Assembly (NCBI GenBank): GCA_964404335.1
Contig: CAYOJR010000002.1
Span: 1 to 44,235, forward strand
From: an uncultured Aquabacterium sp.
GTDB taxonomy: Bacteria; Pseudomonadota; Gammaproteobacteria; Burkholderiales; Burkholderiaceae_C
DNA: 44,235 bases
Direction: 5' to 3'
Every line of letters begins with the position of its first letter. Position 1 is the stretch's first letter. The notes beneath the pieces were generated by a model that was given only the letters and a program-made list of their open reading frames with translations, was not told the DNA's origin and did no database searches. Shown piece by piece: positions 21,198 through 29,852 of the stretch. The position numbers and the translations under genes were made by a program.

Positions 21198-23021
21198 TCA
21201 GGCCGTCTGCAGCATGCCGGTCGAGGCCGCCCACGGAGGAACACCCACGGCAGGGCTGCTGTGAATGCTGGCAAACAGCTCGGCACAGGCGGTTTCCGGG
21301 TCATCGCTCGCCAGCACCTCGGGCACCAGGGGGGCAAGACGGCGCGTGTCCACTCGCAAGACACGCTGCTTGACGGCGGCAATCTGGGTGGGGTGCATGG
21401 AAAAGCTGCGCAAGCCCATGGCCAGCAACAACTCGGTGAACACCGGGTCGCCCGCCATTTCGCCACACACGCTCACTCCCTTGCCGGCAGCACGCCCCTG
21501 CATGATCGAGGTGTGAATGAGGCTCAGCACCGCCGGATTCCACGGGTCGTAGAGGTGCGACACCTGCTCGTCCGTGCGGTCAATGGCCAAGGTGTACTGG
21601 ATCAGGTCGTTGGTGCCGATGGAGATGAAATCAAAATGGCGCAGGAACACCGGCAGGGTCAGCGCTGCTGCCGGAATTTCAATCATGGCGCCCAGCTCGA
21701 TCTCACCAAACGGCTTGCCCGCCTCGGTCAATTGCCGACGCGCATGGTCAATGTTGTCGAGTGTCTGGCGGATCTCGCGCAGATTGCTCAGCATCGGGAT
21801 CATGACCTTGACCGGTCCGTGAACCGCCGCGCGCAGCAAGGCCCGCAACTGGCGACGGAACATGCTGGGCTCTGACAAACTCCAGCGGATGGCGCGCAAA
21901 CCCAAGGCCGGATTGAGCACGGACTCGTGTCGCAACTCTGAAGGGGTCATGCCCTCCAGCGGTTTGTCGGCACCAATGTCCACCGTGCGAATGGTGACGG
22001 GGAGCCCCTTCATCGCCTCGACCGCGCGGCGGTAGGCGTCGTACTGCTCTTCCTCGTCGGGCAAATTGCCACCCCGGTTCATGAACAGGAACTCGCTGCG
22101 GAACAGCCCCACGCCAACAGCCCCAGCCTCCAGAGCAACAGGCGCGTCTTCGGGCATCTCGATGTTGGCCACCAACTCGACACGTTCGCCATCGAGCGTG
22201 ACGGCCGGCGTGTGACGCAAACGTGCCAGGCGGCTGCGCTCCAGCTCGCTCTGGCGCTGGCGGAAGCGGTATTCCTCCAGCACGATGGGCGAGGGATCGA
22301 CGATCACGAGGCCGGCATCACCGTCGATGATGATGCAGTCATCCTGACGGATCAGATTGCTGGCCTGGCGTGCACCCACCACAGCAGGAATGTCCATGCT
22401 GCGCGCCACGATGGCGGTGTGAGAGGTCTTGCCGCCCACATCGGTGACAAAACCCTTGAACACACTGCGCTTGAAGCTGAGCATGTCGGCCGGCGCAATG
22501 TCGCTGGCCACCAGCACCAGGGGTTCGTCGCCCCCGAAATCATGCGCACCTTGACCTGGCTCAAGAACGGCCGAAGGCGCCCCCCGGCCCAGGTTGCGCA
22601 GCAAGCGCTCCACCACCTGCTCCAGGTCGGCCTTGCGCTCCCGCAGATAGGCGTCTTCCATTTCGTCAAACTGGCGTGCCAACACCTCCAACTGGGCCGA
22701 CAAGGCCCATTCGGCGTTGTAGTGGCGTTGACGAATCCAGTCAGCCGATGCCCCCATCAGCGCTTCGTCCTGCAGCAGCATATGGTGCACATCGAGCAGG
22801 GCTGCGAGTTCAGCCGGCGCATCGGCAGGCAGATCGCGTTTGAGCGCATCGAATTCGGCGGCCACGCCGTCGCGGGCCGCCATCAAACGCGCCACTTCGC
22901 CATCGATCAGGGAGGGATCAATGAAGACGTGAGGCACGTCGATGCGGCTGGAGGCCACCAGCACCGCGCGACCGATGGCCACCCCTCGGGAAACCGGCAA
23001 GCCAAATATCTGGATGCTCAT
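21198..23021 (-). CDS. ptsI: PEP-protein phosphotransferase (PTS enzyme I)
   Basis: Phospho-His in GKTSHTAIVARS, GVGLFRSEFL, NPALGLRAIR, SIGTNDLIQY, VCGEMAGD; no N-terminal GAF domain. Confidence 0.94.
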   Translation of the reverse strand: MSIQIFGLPVSRGVAIGRAVLVASSRIDVPHVFIDPSLIDGEVARLMAARDGVAAEFDALKRDLPADAPAELAALLDVHHMLLQDEALMGASADWIRQRHYNAEWALSAQLEVLARQFDEMEDAYLRERKADLEQVVERLLRNLGRGAPSAVLEPGQGAHDFGGDEPLVLVASDIAPADMLSFKRSVFKGFVTDVGGKTSHTAIVARSMDIPAVVGARQASNLIRQDDCIIIDGDAGLVIVDPSPIVLEEYRFRQRQSELERSRLARLRHTPAVTLDGERVELVANIEMPEDAPVALEAGAVGVGLFRSEFLFMNRGGNLPDEEEQYDAYRRAVEAMKGLPVTIRTVDIGADKPLEGMTPSELRHESVLNPALGLRAIRWSLSEPSMFRRQLRALLRAAVHGPVKVMIPMLSNLREIRQTLDNIDHARRQLTEAGKPFGEIELGAMIEIPAAALTLPVFLRHFDFISIGTNDLIQYTLAIDRTDEQVSHLYDPWNPAVLSLIHTSIMQGRAAGKGVSVCGEMAGDPVFTELLLAMGLRSFSMHPTQIAAVKQRVLRVDTRRLAPLVPEVLASDDPETACAELFASIHSSPAVGVPPWAASTGMLQTA

Positions 23022-23081
23022 GGCGCGATCGTATCAGTCGCTCGGTGCTCTGCGTGTCGGGATTTCTCATAGGGCGACGCC

Positions 23082-23121
23082 CCGTCACAGGCTTGTCATC
23101 CAATCTTCACCGTCCCGTCAC
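23082..23121 (+). promoter_or_regulatory. PHO-box-like array (four 11-bp-period direct repeats)
   Basis: CCGTCAC/TTGTCAT/TCTTCAC/CCGTCAC at 23082, 23093, 23104, 23115; PhoB half-site is CTGTCAT. Confidence 0.65.
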
Positions 23122-23174
23122 CAGATGCGTCAAAACTGCTCACTCATGTCCACACAGACCTGATTGGAGAGACG

Positions 23175-24029
23175 ATGCGCGAGCTCCCCTTGCCGACCCT
23201 GCCGATGGCAGACCTGTCCTCCCACCTGTCGGCCGATGCCCGTGCCGCGCGGAGGTCACTTCACCCGGGATCGACGCCCGAGGCCAGCGCACGGGCAGGC
23301 ATTGAAGTCGTTTGGGCACGCACTGCGGAAGATGTTCTCGCCGCGCAGCGTCTGAGGTACGAGGTGTTCGCCCTGGAAATGGGCGCCCGCCTGAGCGTGC
23401 CCGTAGGCAGCCCGGCCGGTCACGACATCGACCTGTTCGACCCCTATTGCGAGCACCTGCTGGTGCGTCTGGACACCGGCACCGGCGAGCCCGGCCCCGT
23501 GATCGGCACTTACCGCGTGCTGACCCCGGAATCGGCCAAGCGCATCGGCGGCCTGTACAGCGAGACCGAGTTCGACCTGACCCGCCTGCGCCCGCTGCGC
23601 GGCAAGATGGTGGAGTTGGGTCGCTCCTGCGTGCACCCCGACCACCGCAACGGCGGCGCCATCATGGCCCTGTGGGGCGCACTGGCAGAGTTCATGGTGC
23701 GCAACGACTTGGACACCATGATCGGCTGTGCCAGCATCAGCATGCGCGATGGCGGTCACGTCGCCGCCAGCCTGTGGGAACAGTTGCGTCAAACCCACCT
23801 GGCCCCGATCGACCTGCAGGTGCGTCCGCGCCTCCCACTGCCGGTGGACGAGCTGGACCGCCACCTGAAGGTGGAGCCGCCCGCGCTGATCAAGGGCTAT
23901 CTGCGTGTGGGCGCCAAGGTGCTGGGCGCGCCGGCCTGGGACCCCGATTTCAACACCGCCGACCTGCCGATGCTGATGCGCATTGCCGACCTGCCGTCCC
24001 GGTATCGCAAGCACTTCCTGGGGGCCTGA
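23175..24029 (+). CDS. GNAT N-acyltransferase, OlsB-like (ornithine lipid synthesis)
   Basis: AQRLRYEVF, DLFDPYCEHLLV, GTYR, YSETEFD, ELGRSCVHPDHR, PALIKGYLRVGA, PAWDPDFNTAD. Confidence 0.8.
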   Translation: MRELPLPTLPMADLSSHLSADARAARRSLHPGSTPEASARAGIEVVWARTAEDVLAAQRLRYEVFALEMGARLSVPVGSPAGHDIDLFDPYCEHLLVRLDTGTGEPGPVIGTYRVLTPESAKRIGGLYSETEFDLTRLRPLRGKMVELGRSCVHPDHRNGGAIMALWGALAEFMVRNDLDTMIGCASISMRDGGHVAASLWEQLRQTHLAPIDLQVRPRLPLPVDELDRHLKVEPPALIKGYLRVGAKVLGAPAWDPDFNTADLPMLMRIADLPSRYRKHFLGA

Positions 24030-24055
24030 GCCGGGCAGCGCATAGACTGCGCGGC

Positions 24056-25405
24056 ATGAGCAAAACGGTTTCGACCTCTTCCCCCCTGTCCCTGCCGCTG
24101 TGGCAACTGCTGAGCGGCTGCGCCGATGCGGTGGCCGCCGTGCGACAGGGCCAGTCCCTGACCGACGCCTTGGCCGCACGCAAGGCGGCCGAGCGCCCCG
24201 GTGTGCAAGCGCTGTCGTTCGCGGTGCTGCGCCGACTCGGCACCGCCCAGGCCCTGCGTACCCGCCTGGTGCCCAAAGCCCCGCAACCCTGGGTGGATGC
24301 CCTGCTGCTGTCGGCGCTGGCCCTGGCGTGCGGTACCGAGTACAACGCCCACACCCTGGTGGACCAGGCTGTGGAAGCGGCCAAACGTCGCGCCAAGCCG
24401 GCCAGTGGTCTGGTCAACGCCGTGCTGCGCCGCTTCCTGCGTGAACAAGCCGACCTGTTGGCCGAACTCGACGACGACCCGGTCGCGCACTTCAATCACC
24501 CGGCCTGGTGGATCAAACGCCTGCAAAAAGACTGGCCCGAGCACTGGCAAGCCATCCTCCTGGCCAACCAGGAACAACCCCCGATGACGCTGCGCGCCAA
24601 TCTGCGCCACGGGAGCACGGCTGCCTACCGCAACCGTCTGATCGAAGCCGGTTTGCTGGCCGCTGACACACCGCCCCCCAACGACGCGCCCGATCAACCC
24701 CAACCCATCGTGCTGGCGCACGGCGTGCCGGTGCAGCGCCTGCCGGGATTCGACCAAGGCGATGTGTCAGTGCAAGACGCCGCCGCGCAAATCGCGGCCC
24801 CCTTGCTCGTCTACGCCGAAGGCCAGAAACTGCCCGCCGGTGCACGCGTACTTGACGCCTGCGCCGCCCCCGGAGGCAAGACCGCGCACCTGCTGGAACT
24901 GGCCGACCTGGACGTGACCGCGCTCGACGCTGACCCCGAGCGCCTCACCCGCGTCAACGACACCTTGCAGCGCCTGGGCCTGCAAGCCCGCACCGTGGCG
25001 GCCGATGCCAGTCAACCTGCCGCCTGGTGGGACGGCCAGCTGTTTGACGCCATCTTGCTCGACGCCCCCTGCAGCGCCTCCGGCATCGTGCGACGCCACC
25101 CGGACGTGCGCTGGCTGCGTCGCGACACCGACATCGCATCCCTCGCGCGCACCCAAGACGCCATCCTGGATGCCCTGTGGCCCCTGCTCAAACCGGGTGG
25201 CCACCTGCTGTACTGCACCTGCTCGGTCTTCAAGATGGAGGGGCAGGACCGCATCGACGCGTTTTTGCAACGCTCACCCGACGCCCGGGCCCACCCCGCC
25301 CCCGGTCACCTGCTGCCTGTGGTCGAATACTTGGACCCCGCCGGCCAAGACCGGGGGGATGGGTTTTTCTACGCTCTCCTGAGTAAGTCCCCGCTGGGTA
25401 CCTGA
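24056..25405 (+). CDS. rsmB: 16S rRNA m5C967 methyltransferase
   Basis: NusB-like GLVNAVLRRF, SVQDAAAQ, LDACAAPGGKT, LLDAPCSASG, RRHPD, LYCTCS. Confidence 0.94.
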   Translation: MSKTVSTSSPLSLPLWQLLSGCADAVAAVRQGQSLTDALAARKAAERPGVQALSFAVLRRLGTAQALRTRLVPKAPQPWVDALLLSALALACGTEYNAHTLVDQAVEAAKRRAKPASGLVNAVLRRFLREQADLLAELDDDPVAHFNHPAWWIKRLQKDWPEHWQAILLANQEQPPMTLRANLRHGSTAAYRNRLIEAGLLAADTPPPNDAPDQPQPIVLAHGVPVQRLPGFDQGDVSVQDAAAQIAAPLLVYAEGQKLPAGARVLDACAAPGGKTAHLLELADLDVTALDADPERLTRVNDTLQRLGLQARTVAADASQPAAWWDGQLFDAILLDAPCSASGIVRRHPDVRWLRRDTDIASLARTQDAILDALWPLLKPGGHLLYCTCSVFKMEGQDRIDAFLQRSPDARAHPAPGHLLPVVEYLDPAGQDRGDGFFYALLSKSPLGT

Positions 25406-25995
25406 TGCCTGTGATGCGCCGCCGAGATCTGCTGCTCCGCAGCACCTCTGCCCTGTGGACCGCCGCCCTGGCTTCCACAGGCGGCGCGGCGTGGGCAGCC
25501 TGGGCCAACAATGGCGCCGAACTCGCCCGCCTGCTGGCCCAGCACGACGCAGAAGGCCTGATCCTCAGCTACGAAGTGCGCTTCGACCTGCACCGCGACG
25601 TCGAGCAAATGCTCTCCAAAGGCATCGCCGTGGTCTTCATGGCCCAGGCCGAAGTCTTCGAAAAGCGCTGGTACTGGACCGACAGGCGCATCGCATCGGC
25701 CACCCGGCGCTGGCGACTGGCCTACCAGCCCCTGACGCGCCAGTGGCGCCTGAACTTTGACGGCTTCAGCCGTCCCTACAGCCGCCTGAGTGAAGCCCTG
25801 GAAGTGCTGCGCCAGGGCAGTCGCTGGTTGATCGCCGAACAACTGGGCGACGCCGACCCGGCCGACTGCTATGTGGATTTCCGCTTCCTGCTCGACACCA
25901 GCGAACTGCCGCGCCCCCTGCAGATCGGACTCGGCGGCCAGGCCGACTGGGCTCTGCAGGTCGAGCGACGTGTGGGCGTGACGCCTGCCCGCTGA
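25405..25995 (+). CDS. DUF4390-family exported protein
   Basis: RR-type signal peptide, RWYWTD, LAYQPLTRQW, LPRPLQI; usual rsmB-DUF4390-kinase position. Confidence 0.8.
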   Translation: MPVMRRRDLLLRSTSALWTAALASTGGAAWAAWANNGAELARLLAQHDAEGLILSYEVRFDLHRDVEQMLSKGIAVVFMAQAEVFEKRWYWTDRRIASATRRWRLAYQPLTRQWRLNFDGFSRPYSRLSEALEVLRQGSRWLIAEQLGDADPADCYVDFRFLLDTSELPRPLQIGLGGQADWALQVERRVGVTPAR

Positions 25996-26002
25996 CGCCC
26001 CC

Positions 26003-28303
26003 ATGGCAGCCCTCAAGCGGAACAAACGCTGGACCTGGATCATCGCCAGTGTGGCCATGCTCGGTGGTGGCCTGGTGCTGACCTTTTTGCTGGTGCTGGC
26101 CACCCAGAACAGCGAACAACTTGAACCACACTTCAACTGGCTGCTGTGGAGCAACGTGGCCACGGCTGCCCTGTTGGGTCTCGTCATCCTCATCGCCCTG
26201 GGCCGATTGGCCCTGCGCCTGCGCCAGCGTCGCTTCGGCAGCCGGTTGCTGCTGAAATTGGCCGGCATTTTTGGCCTGGTGGGTCTGCTGCCCGGCGTGC
26301 TGATCTACACCGTCTCCTACCAGTTCGTTTCGCGCAGCATCGAAACCTGGTTCGACGTGCGGGTGGAAGGCGCCCTTGAAGCGGGCCTGAACCTGGGGCG
26401 CAACACCCTCGACAGCCTCACCCGAGACCTGGCGAACAAAACCCAGGTGGCCGCTGACCGCCTGGGCAGCCACCCTGACATCCTGCCCGGTCTGCTGGAA
26501 CTCGAACGCCTGCGCGAACAACTCGGCGCCCAGACTGTGAGCCTGGTCAATGAGTCCGGCCAGGTGGAGTGGAGCGCAGGCGGCGCCGGCGATCTGCCGC
26601 TGCTGACCGAGCGCGTGAACGCCTCGTGGCGACAAGACGCACGCCAGAAAGGGGTGATGGCCCAGGTGGAAGACCTCGACAACGAAGCCATGCCTGAATC
26701 GGCCCGCATCGTGGCGCTGGCCTGGATGCCCGACCGCAGCTTCCGGCTGCAAGCACGCGGTCACTATCTGATGGTCACCCAGCGCCTGCCTGCCGAGATC
26801 GTGCGCAACGCACTCGACGTGCAGTCCGCGTACAGCGAATACCAGCAACGCGCACTCGGCCGAGAAGGCCTGCGGCGCATGTACATCGGCACCCTCACGC
26901 TGGCGTTGATCCTGGCGGTCTTCGGCGCCTTCCTGCTCGCGGCCACCTTGGGTCAGCAATTGGCACACCCACTGCTGTTGCTGGCCGAAGGTGTGGGCGA
27001 AGTGGCCCGAGGTGATCTGCGACCCAAAGCCATCTTTGCCTCCAAAGACGAGCTCGGCGGTCTGACCCGCGCCTTCGCCGAAATGACCCAACAGCTGGCC
27101 GACGCACGCGCCCTGGTTGACCGCAGCGTGCATGATCTGGACAGTGCCCGCGCCCACCTCCAGGCCATCATGGACAACCTGACGGCAGGCGTCATCGTGT
27201 TCGATGCCCAAGGCTGCATCGAGACCGTCAACCCCGGCGCCACCCGCATCCTGCGGCTGCCGCTATCGGTGTACCGAGGTCGCCCCCTGTCCGACGTGCC
27301 CGAGCTGGCCAGCTTTGCGGCCAGCCTGACGCAACGTTTCGAGCTCTACGCCCAAGACCCCACGCCCGGCGAACGCCAGCAATGGCAGGAGTCTTACGAA
27401 CTGCAGCTGCCAGGCAACGCCGAGCCCCTGACCCTGCTGGTGCGCGGCGCCGACCTCCCCCCCGATGAACGCCTGATCGTGTTCGACGACCTCACCGAAA
27501 TGGTGTCCGCCCAGCGTGCCGAAGCCTGGAGCGAGGTCGCCCGCCGCGTGGCGCATGAAATCAAGAACCCGCTCACGCCCATCCAGCTCTCGGCCGAACG
27601 CCTGCAAATGAAGCTGCACGACAAGCTCGACGAACCCGGTCAGGGCCTGCTCAAGCGCTCGACCGACACCATCGTCACCCAGGTACAGGCGCTCAAGAAC
27701 CTGATCAACGAGTTCCGCGACTACGCCCGCTTGCCCTCGGCCAGACTGGTGCCCCTGGACCTGAACGCACTCGTCAATGAGGTGATGGCCTTGTACGGCC
27801 AGGCGATAGAGCAAGGCACGGTGCAACTGAGTCTGCAGCCCGATCTGCCGCACATCATGGGCGACGCGGCCCTGCTGCGCCAGGTCGTGCACAACCTGGT
27901 GCAAAACGCCCTGGATGCCGTCGGCGAACGCCCTCCTGACCACGAAGCCCCCCGTGTGGTGCTGCGCACCGATGTCTCACTGACCGACACCGGCGAGGTG
28001 CGGGCCGTGCGCCTGGCCGTGCGCGACAACGGCCCTGGCTTTCCCGACAAGGTCATCAAGCGCGCCTTCGAGCCCTACATCACCACCAAGGCGAAAGGCA
28101 CAGGCCTCGGCTTGGCCGTGGTCAAGAAAATTGCCGACGAGCACGGTGCCTTGGTGCGCATCCGCAATCTGGGATCTGAGAGCGGCACACCCTCAGGCGC
28201 AGGGGTCCAAAACCCCACTTCAGAGCCGAGAGGGGCTCAAGTTTCGCTATCATTTTCAAAGCTTTCATCAGAAACACCACAAGCTGGGCCACACTACGCA
28301 TAG
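26003..28303 (+). CDS. NtrY/PlrS-like sensor histidine kinase (TM, HAMP, PAS, HisKA, HATPase)
   Basis: SRSIETWF, DELGGLTRAF, AWSEVARRVAHEIKNPLTPIQLSAERL, DNGPGF, KGTGLGL. Confidence 0.92.
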   Translation: MAALKRNKRWTWIIASVAMLGGGLVLTFLLVLATQNSEQLEPHFNWLLWSNVATAALLGLVILIALGRLALRLRQRRFGSRLLLKLAGIFGLVGLLPGVLIYTVSYQFVSRSIETWFDVRVEGALEAGLNLGRNTLDSLTRDLANKTQVAADRLGSHPDILPGLLELERLREQLGAQTVSLVNESGQVEWSAGGAGDLPLLTERVNASWRQDARQKGVMAQVEDLDNEAMPESARIVALAWMPDRSFRLQARGHYLMVTQRLPAEIVRNALDVQSAYSEYQQRALGREGLRRMYIGTLTLALILAVFGAFLLAATLGQQLAHPLLLLAEGVGEVARGDLRPKAIFASKDELGGLTRAFAEMTQQLADARALVDRSVHDLDSARAHLQAIMDNLTAGVIVFDAQGCIETVNPGATRILRLPLSVYRGRPLSDVPELASFAASLTQRFELYAQDPTPGERQQWQESYELQLPGNAEPLTLLVRGADLPPDERLIVFDDLTEMVSAQRAEAWSEVARRVAHEIKNPLTPIQLSAERLQMKLHDKLDEPGQGLLKRSTDTIVTQVQALKNLINEFRDYARLPSARLVPLDLNALVNEVMALYGQAIEQGTVQLSLQPDLPHIMGDAALLRQVVHNLVQNALDAVGERPPDHEAPRVVLRTDVSLTDTGEVRAVRLAVRDNGPGFPDKVIKRAFEPYITTKAKGTGLGLAVVKKIADEHGALVRIRNLGSESGTPSGAGVQNPTSEPRGAQVSLSFSKLSSETPQAGPHYA

Positions 28304-28330
28304 TTCCCACTTGAGGGATCCCTCAAATTC

Positions 28331-29116
28331 ATGGCTACCATTCTTGTTGTTGACGACGAACTGGGCATTCGTGCCCTGCTGTCAGAAATCCTGAGCGACG
28401 AAGGTCACACCGTCGAAGTCGCTGAAAATGCCGCGCGAGCGCGCCAATTGCGTGAGCAGTGCCACCCCGATCTGGTCTTGCTCGACATCTGGATGCCCGA
28501 CGTGGACGGCGTGACCTTGTTGAAGGAGTGGGGTGCCAGCGGACAGTTGACCATGCCGGTCATCATGATGTCGGGGCACGGCACCATCGACACCGCTGTG
28601 GAAGCGACCAAGTTTGGCGCTCAGGCCTTCCTCGAAAAACCCATCACGATGCAAAAGCTGTTGCGCACCGTTGAGCAAGGGCTGTCCAAGCCCGCGCCAC
28701 GTGCTGCGGCTCCGGTGCAGACGGTGCACACCGCCACGGTCACACCCATCACGGCGGCGGCCTCGTATGCCGTGCCGCTGAACACCGCATCTCAACCCTT
28801 GCGTAGCGAAATGGTGGGCCATGAGGTGGTGCATGCTTCCCAGCCCATGAGCTACGGTGCTCCCGCACACAACGGCGCCCTCAGCCCGTCGGCTCACAAC
28901 GGTCTGTCACGTGAGCAAAGCTTCGAGCTGGACCGCCCGCTGCGTGAGGCTCGCGACGATTTCGAACGCGCCTACTTCGAGTTTCACCTCGCCCGTGAAG
29001 GCGGCAGCATGACCCGCGTGGCCGAGAAAACCGGCCTGGAGCGAACCCACCTCTATCGCAAACTGAAACAACTGGGCGTTGATTTGGGTCGTTCCAAGAA
29101 AACAGCATTGAATTGA
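28331..29116 (+). CDS. NtrX/PlrR-like response regulator (REC + Fis HTH)
   Basis: ILVVDDE, LLDIWMP, MMSGHGTI, LEKP; LREARDDFERAY...GLERTHLYRKLK. Confidence 0.9.
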   Translation: MATILVVDDELGIRALLSEILSDEGHTVEVAENAARARQLREQCHPDLVLLDIWMPDVDGVTLLKEWGASGQLTMPVIMMSGHGTIDTAVEATKFGAQAFLEKPITMQKLLRTVEQGLSKPAPRAAAPVQTVHTATVTPITAAASYAVPLNTASQPLRSEMVGHEVVHASQPMSYGAPAHNGALSPSAHNGLSREQSFELDRPLREARDDFERAYFEFHLAREGGSMTRVAEKTGLERTHLYRKLKQLGVDLGRSKKTALN

Positions 29117-29170
29117 TGCTATAGTGTGGGTCTTCGCTGATCACTGCAACGCAGCAATCAACGAAGAGAT

Positions 29171-29246
29171 GGCCTGGTAGCTCAGTTGGTAGAGCAGCGG
29201 ATTGAAAATCCGCGTGTCGGTGGTTCGATTCCGCCCCAGGCCACCA
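29171..29246 (+). tRNA. tRNA-Phe (GAA)
   Basis: 76 nt; GGCCTGG/CCAGGCC acceptor stem, GCGGA-TTGAAAA-TCCGC anticodon arm, GGTTCGATT T-loop, encoded CCA; TGCTATAGT extended -10 at 29117-29125. Confidence 0.98.
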
Positions 29247-29254
29247 AAATCCTC

Positions 29255-29290
29255 AAAAAGAGCCCATCCATGCGATGGGCTTTTTTGTTT
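29255..29290 (+). terminator. Terminator after tRNA-Phe
   Basis: AAAAAG-AGCCCATC-CATGC-GATGGGCT-TTTTT. Confidence 0.85.
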
Positions 29291-29389
29291 GCCCCGGCCA
29301 TGTGTGACCGCCGCGCACCAGCACCGGCCAGCACACCAAGGCTCATTGTTGTGGAATCACAACTCTCCCTTCCACCAACCAGTCACGCC

Positions 29390-29815
29390 ATGAAGTCTTC
29401 GATCCATCTGGTCGACGTCGATCGGCCCGACACCTGGTCTCGCTACCGCAACGGCCTGTGCGACACCTGCGTGGCCAACTGCTGCACCATGCCCGTGGAG
29501 GTGAAGCTGCCCGATCTGGTCCGCCTGGGCCTGGTGGACCCCTTTGAAGCCGAACACGAAGCACCCAAGCAAATCGCCAAGCGATTGAGCAAGGCGGGGG
29601 TGATCGAGCACTTCAACTTCAAGCACAGCATCTTCACGCTGTCACGTCGCGCCAGTGGCGATTGCCAATATCTGGATGCCAGCACACGGCGCTGCACGGT
29701 GTACGAGCAACGGCCCAATACCTGCCGCAAGCACCCGCAGGTCGGACCACGGCCAGGCTTTTGTCCGTATGGTGGGCGAGGCTCGTCCGCAGCGAACCCT
29801 AAAATGGCGTTTTAA
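29390..29815 (+). CDS. YkgJ-family Cys-cluster (Zn/Fe-S) protein
   Basis: CDTCVANCC ... CQYLD...CTVYEQRPNTCR...FCP. Confidence 0.85.
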   Translation: MKSSIHLVDVDRPDTWSRYRNGLCDTCVANCCTMPVEVKLPDLVRLGLVDPFEAEHEAPKQIAKRLSKAGVIEHFNFKHSIFTLSRRASGDCQYLDASTRRCTVYEQRPNTCRKHPQVGPRPGFCPYGGRGSSAANPKMAF

Positions 29816-29852
29816 GCACGCGCCCTCGGCGGTGTGCCCTGCGCTCATACCC

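Noticed and set aside
21187-21211. CAGACGGC/GCCGTCTG inverted pair resembling the Neisseria DNA uptake sequence
   Set aside because: Imperfect match seen only here; better explained as a hairpin between convergent uup and ptsI
21198-23021. Possible ptsP (EI-Ntr) given nearby nitrogen genes
   Set aside because: 607 aa with no N-terminal GAF domain, so a standard enzyme I
23312-24055. Apparent 248-aa N-terminal extension of RsmB
   Set aside because: Out-of-frame overlap with the OlsB-like gene, Arg/Pro-rich junk; RsmB-like sequence starts at ATG 24056
29186-29389. ORF extension running through the tRNA
   Set aside because: Region is tRNA-Phe plus its terminator
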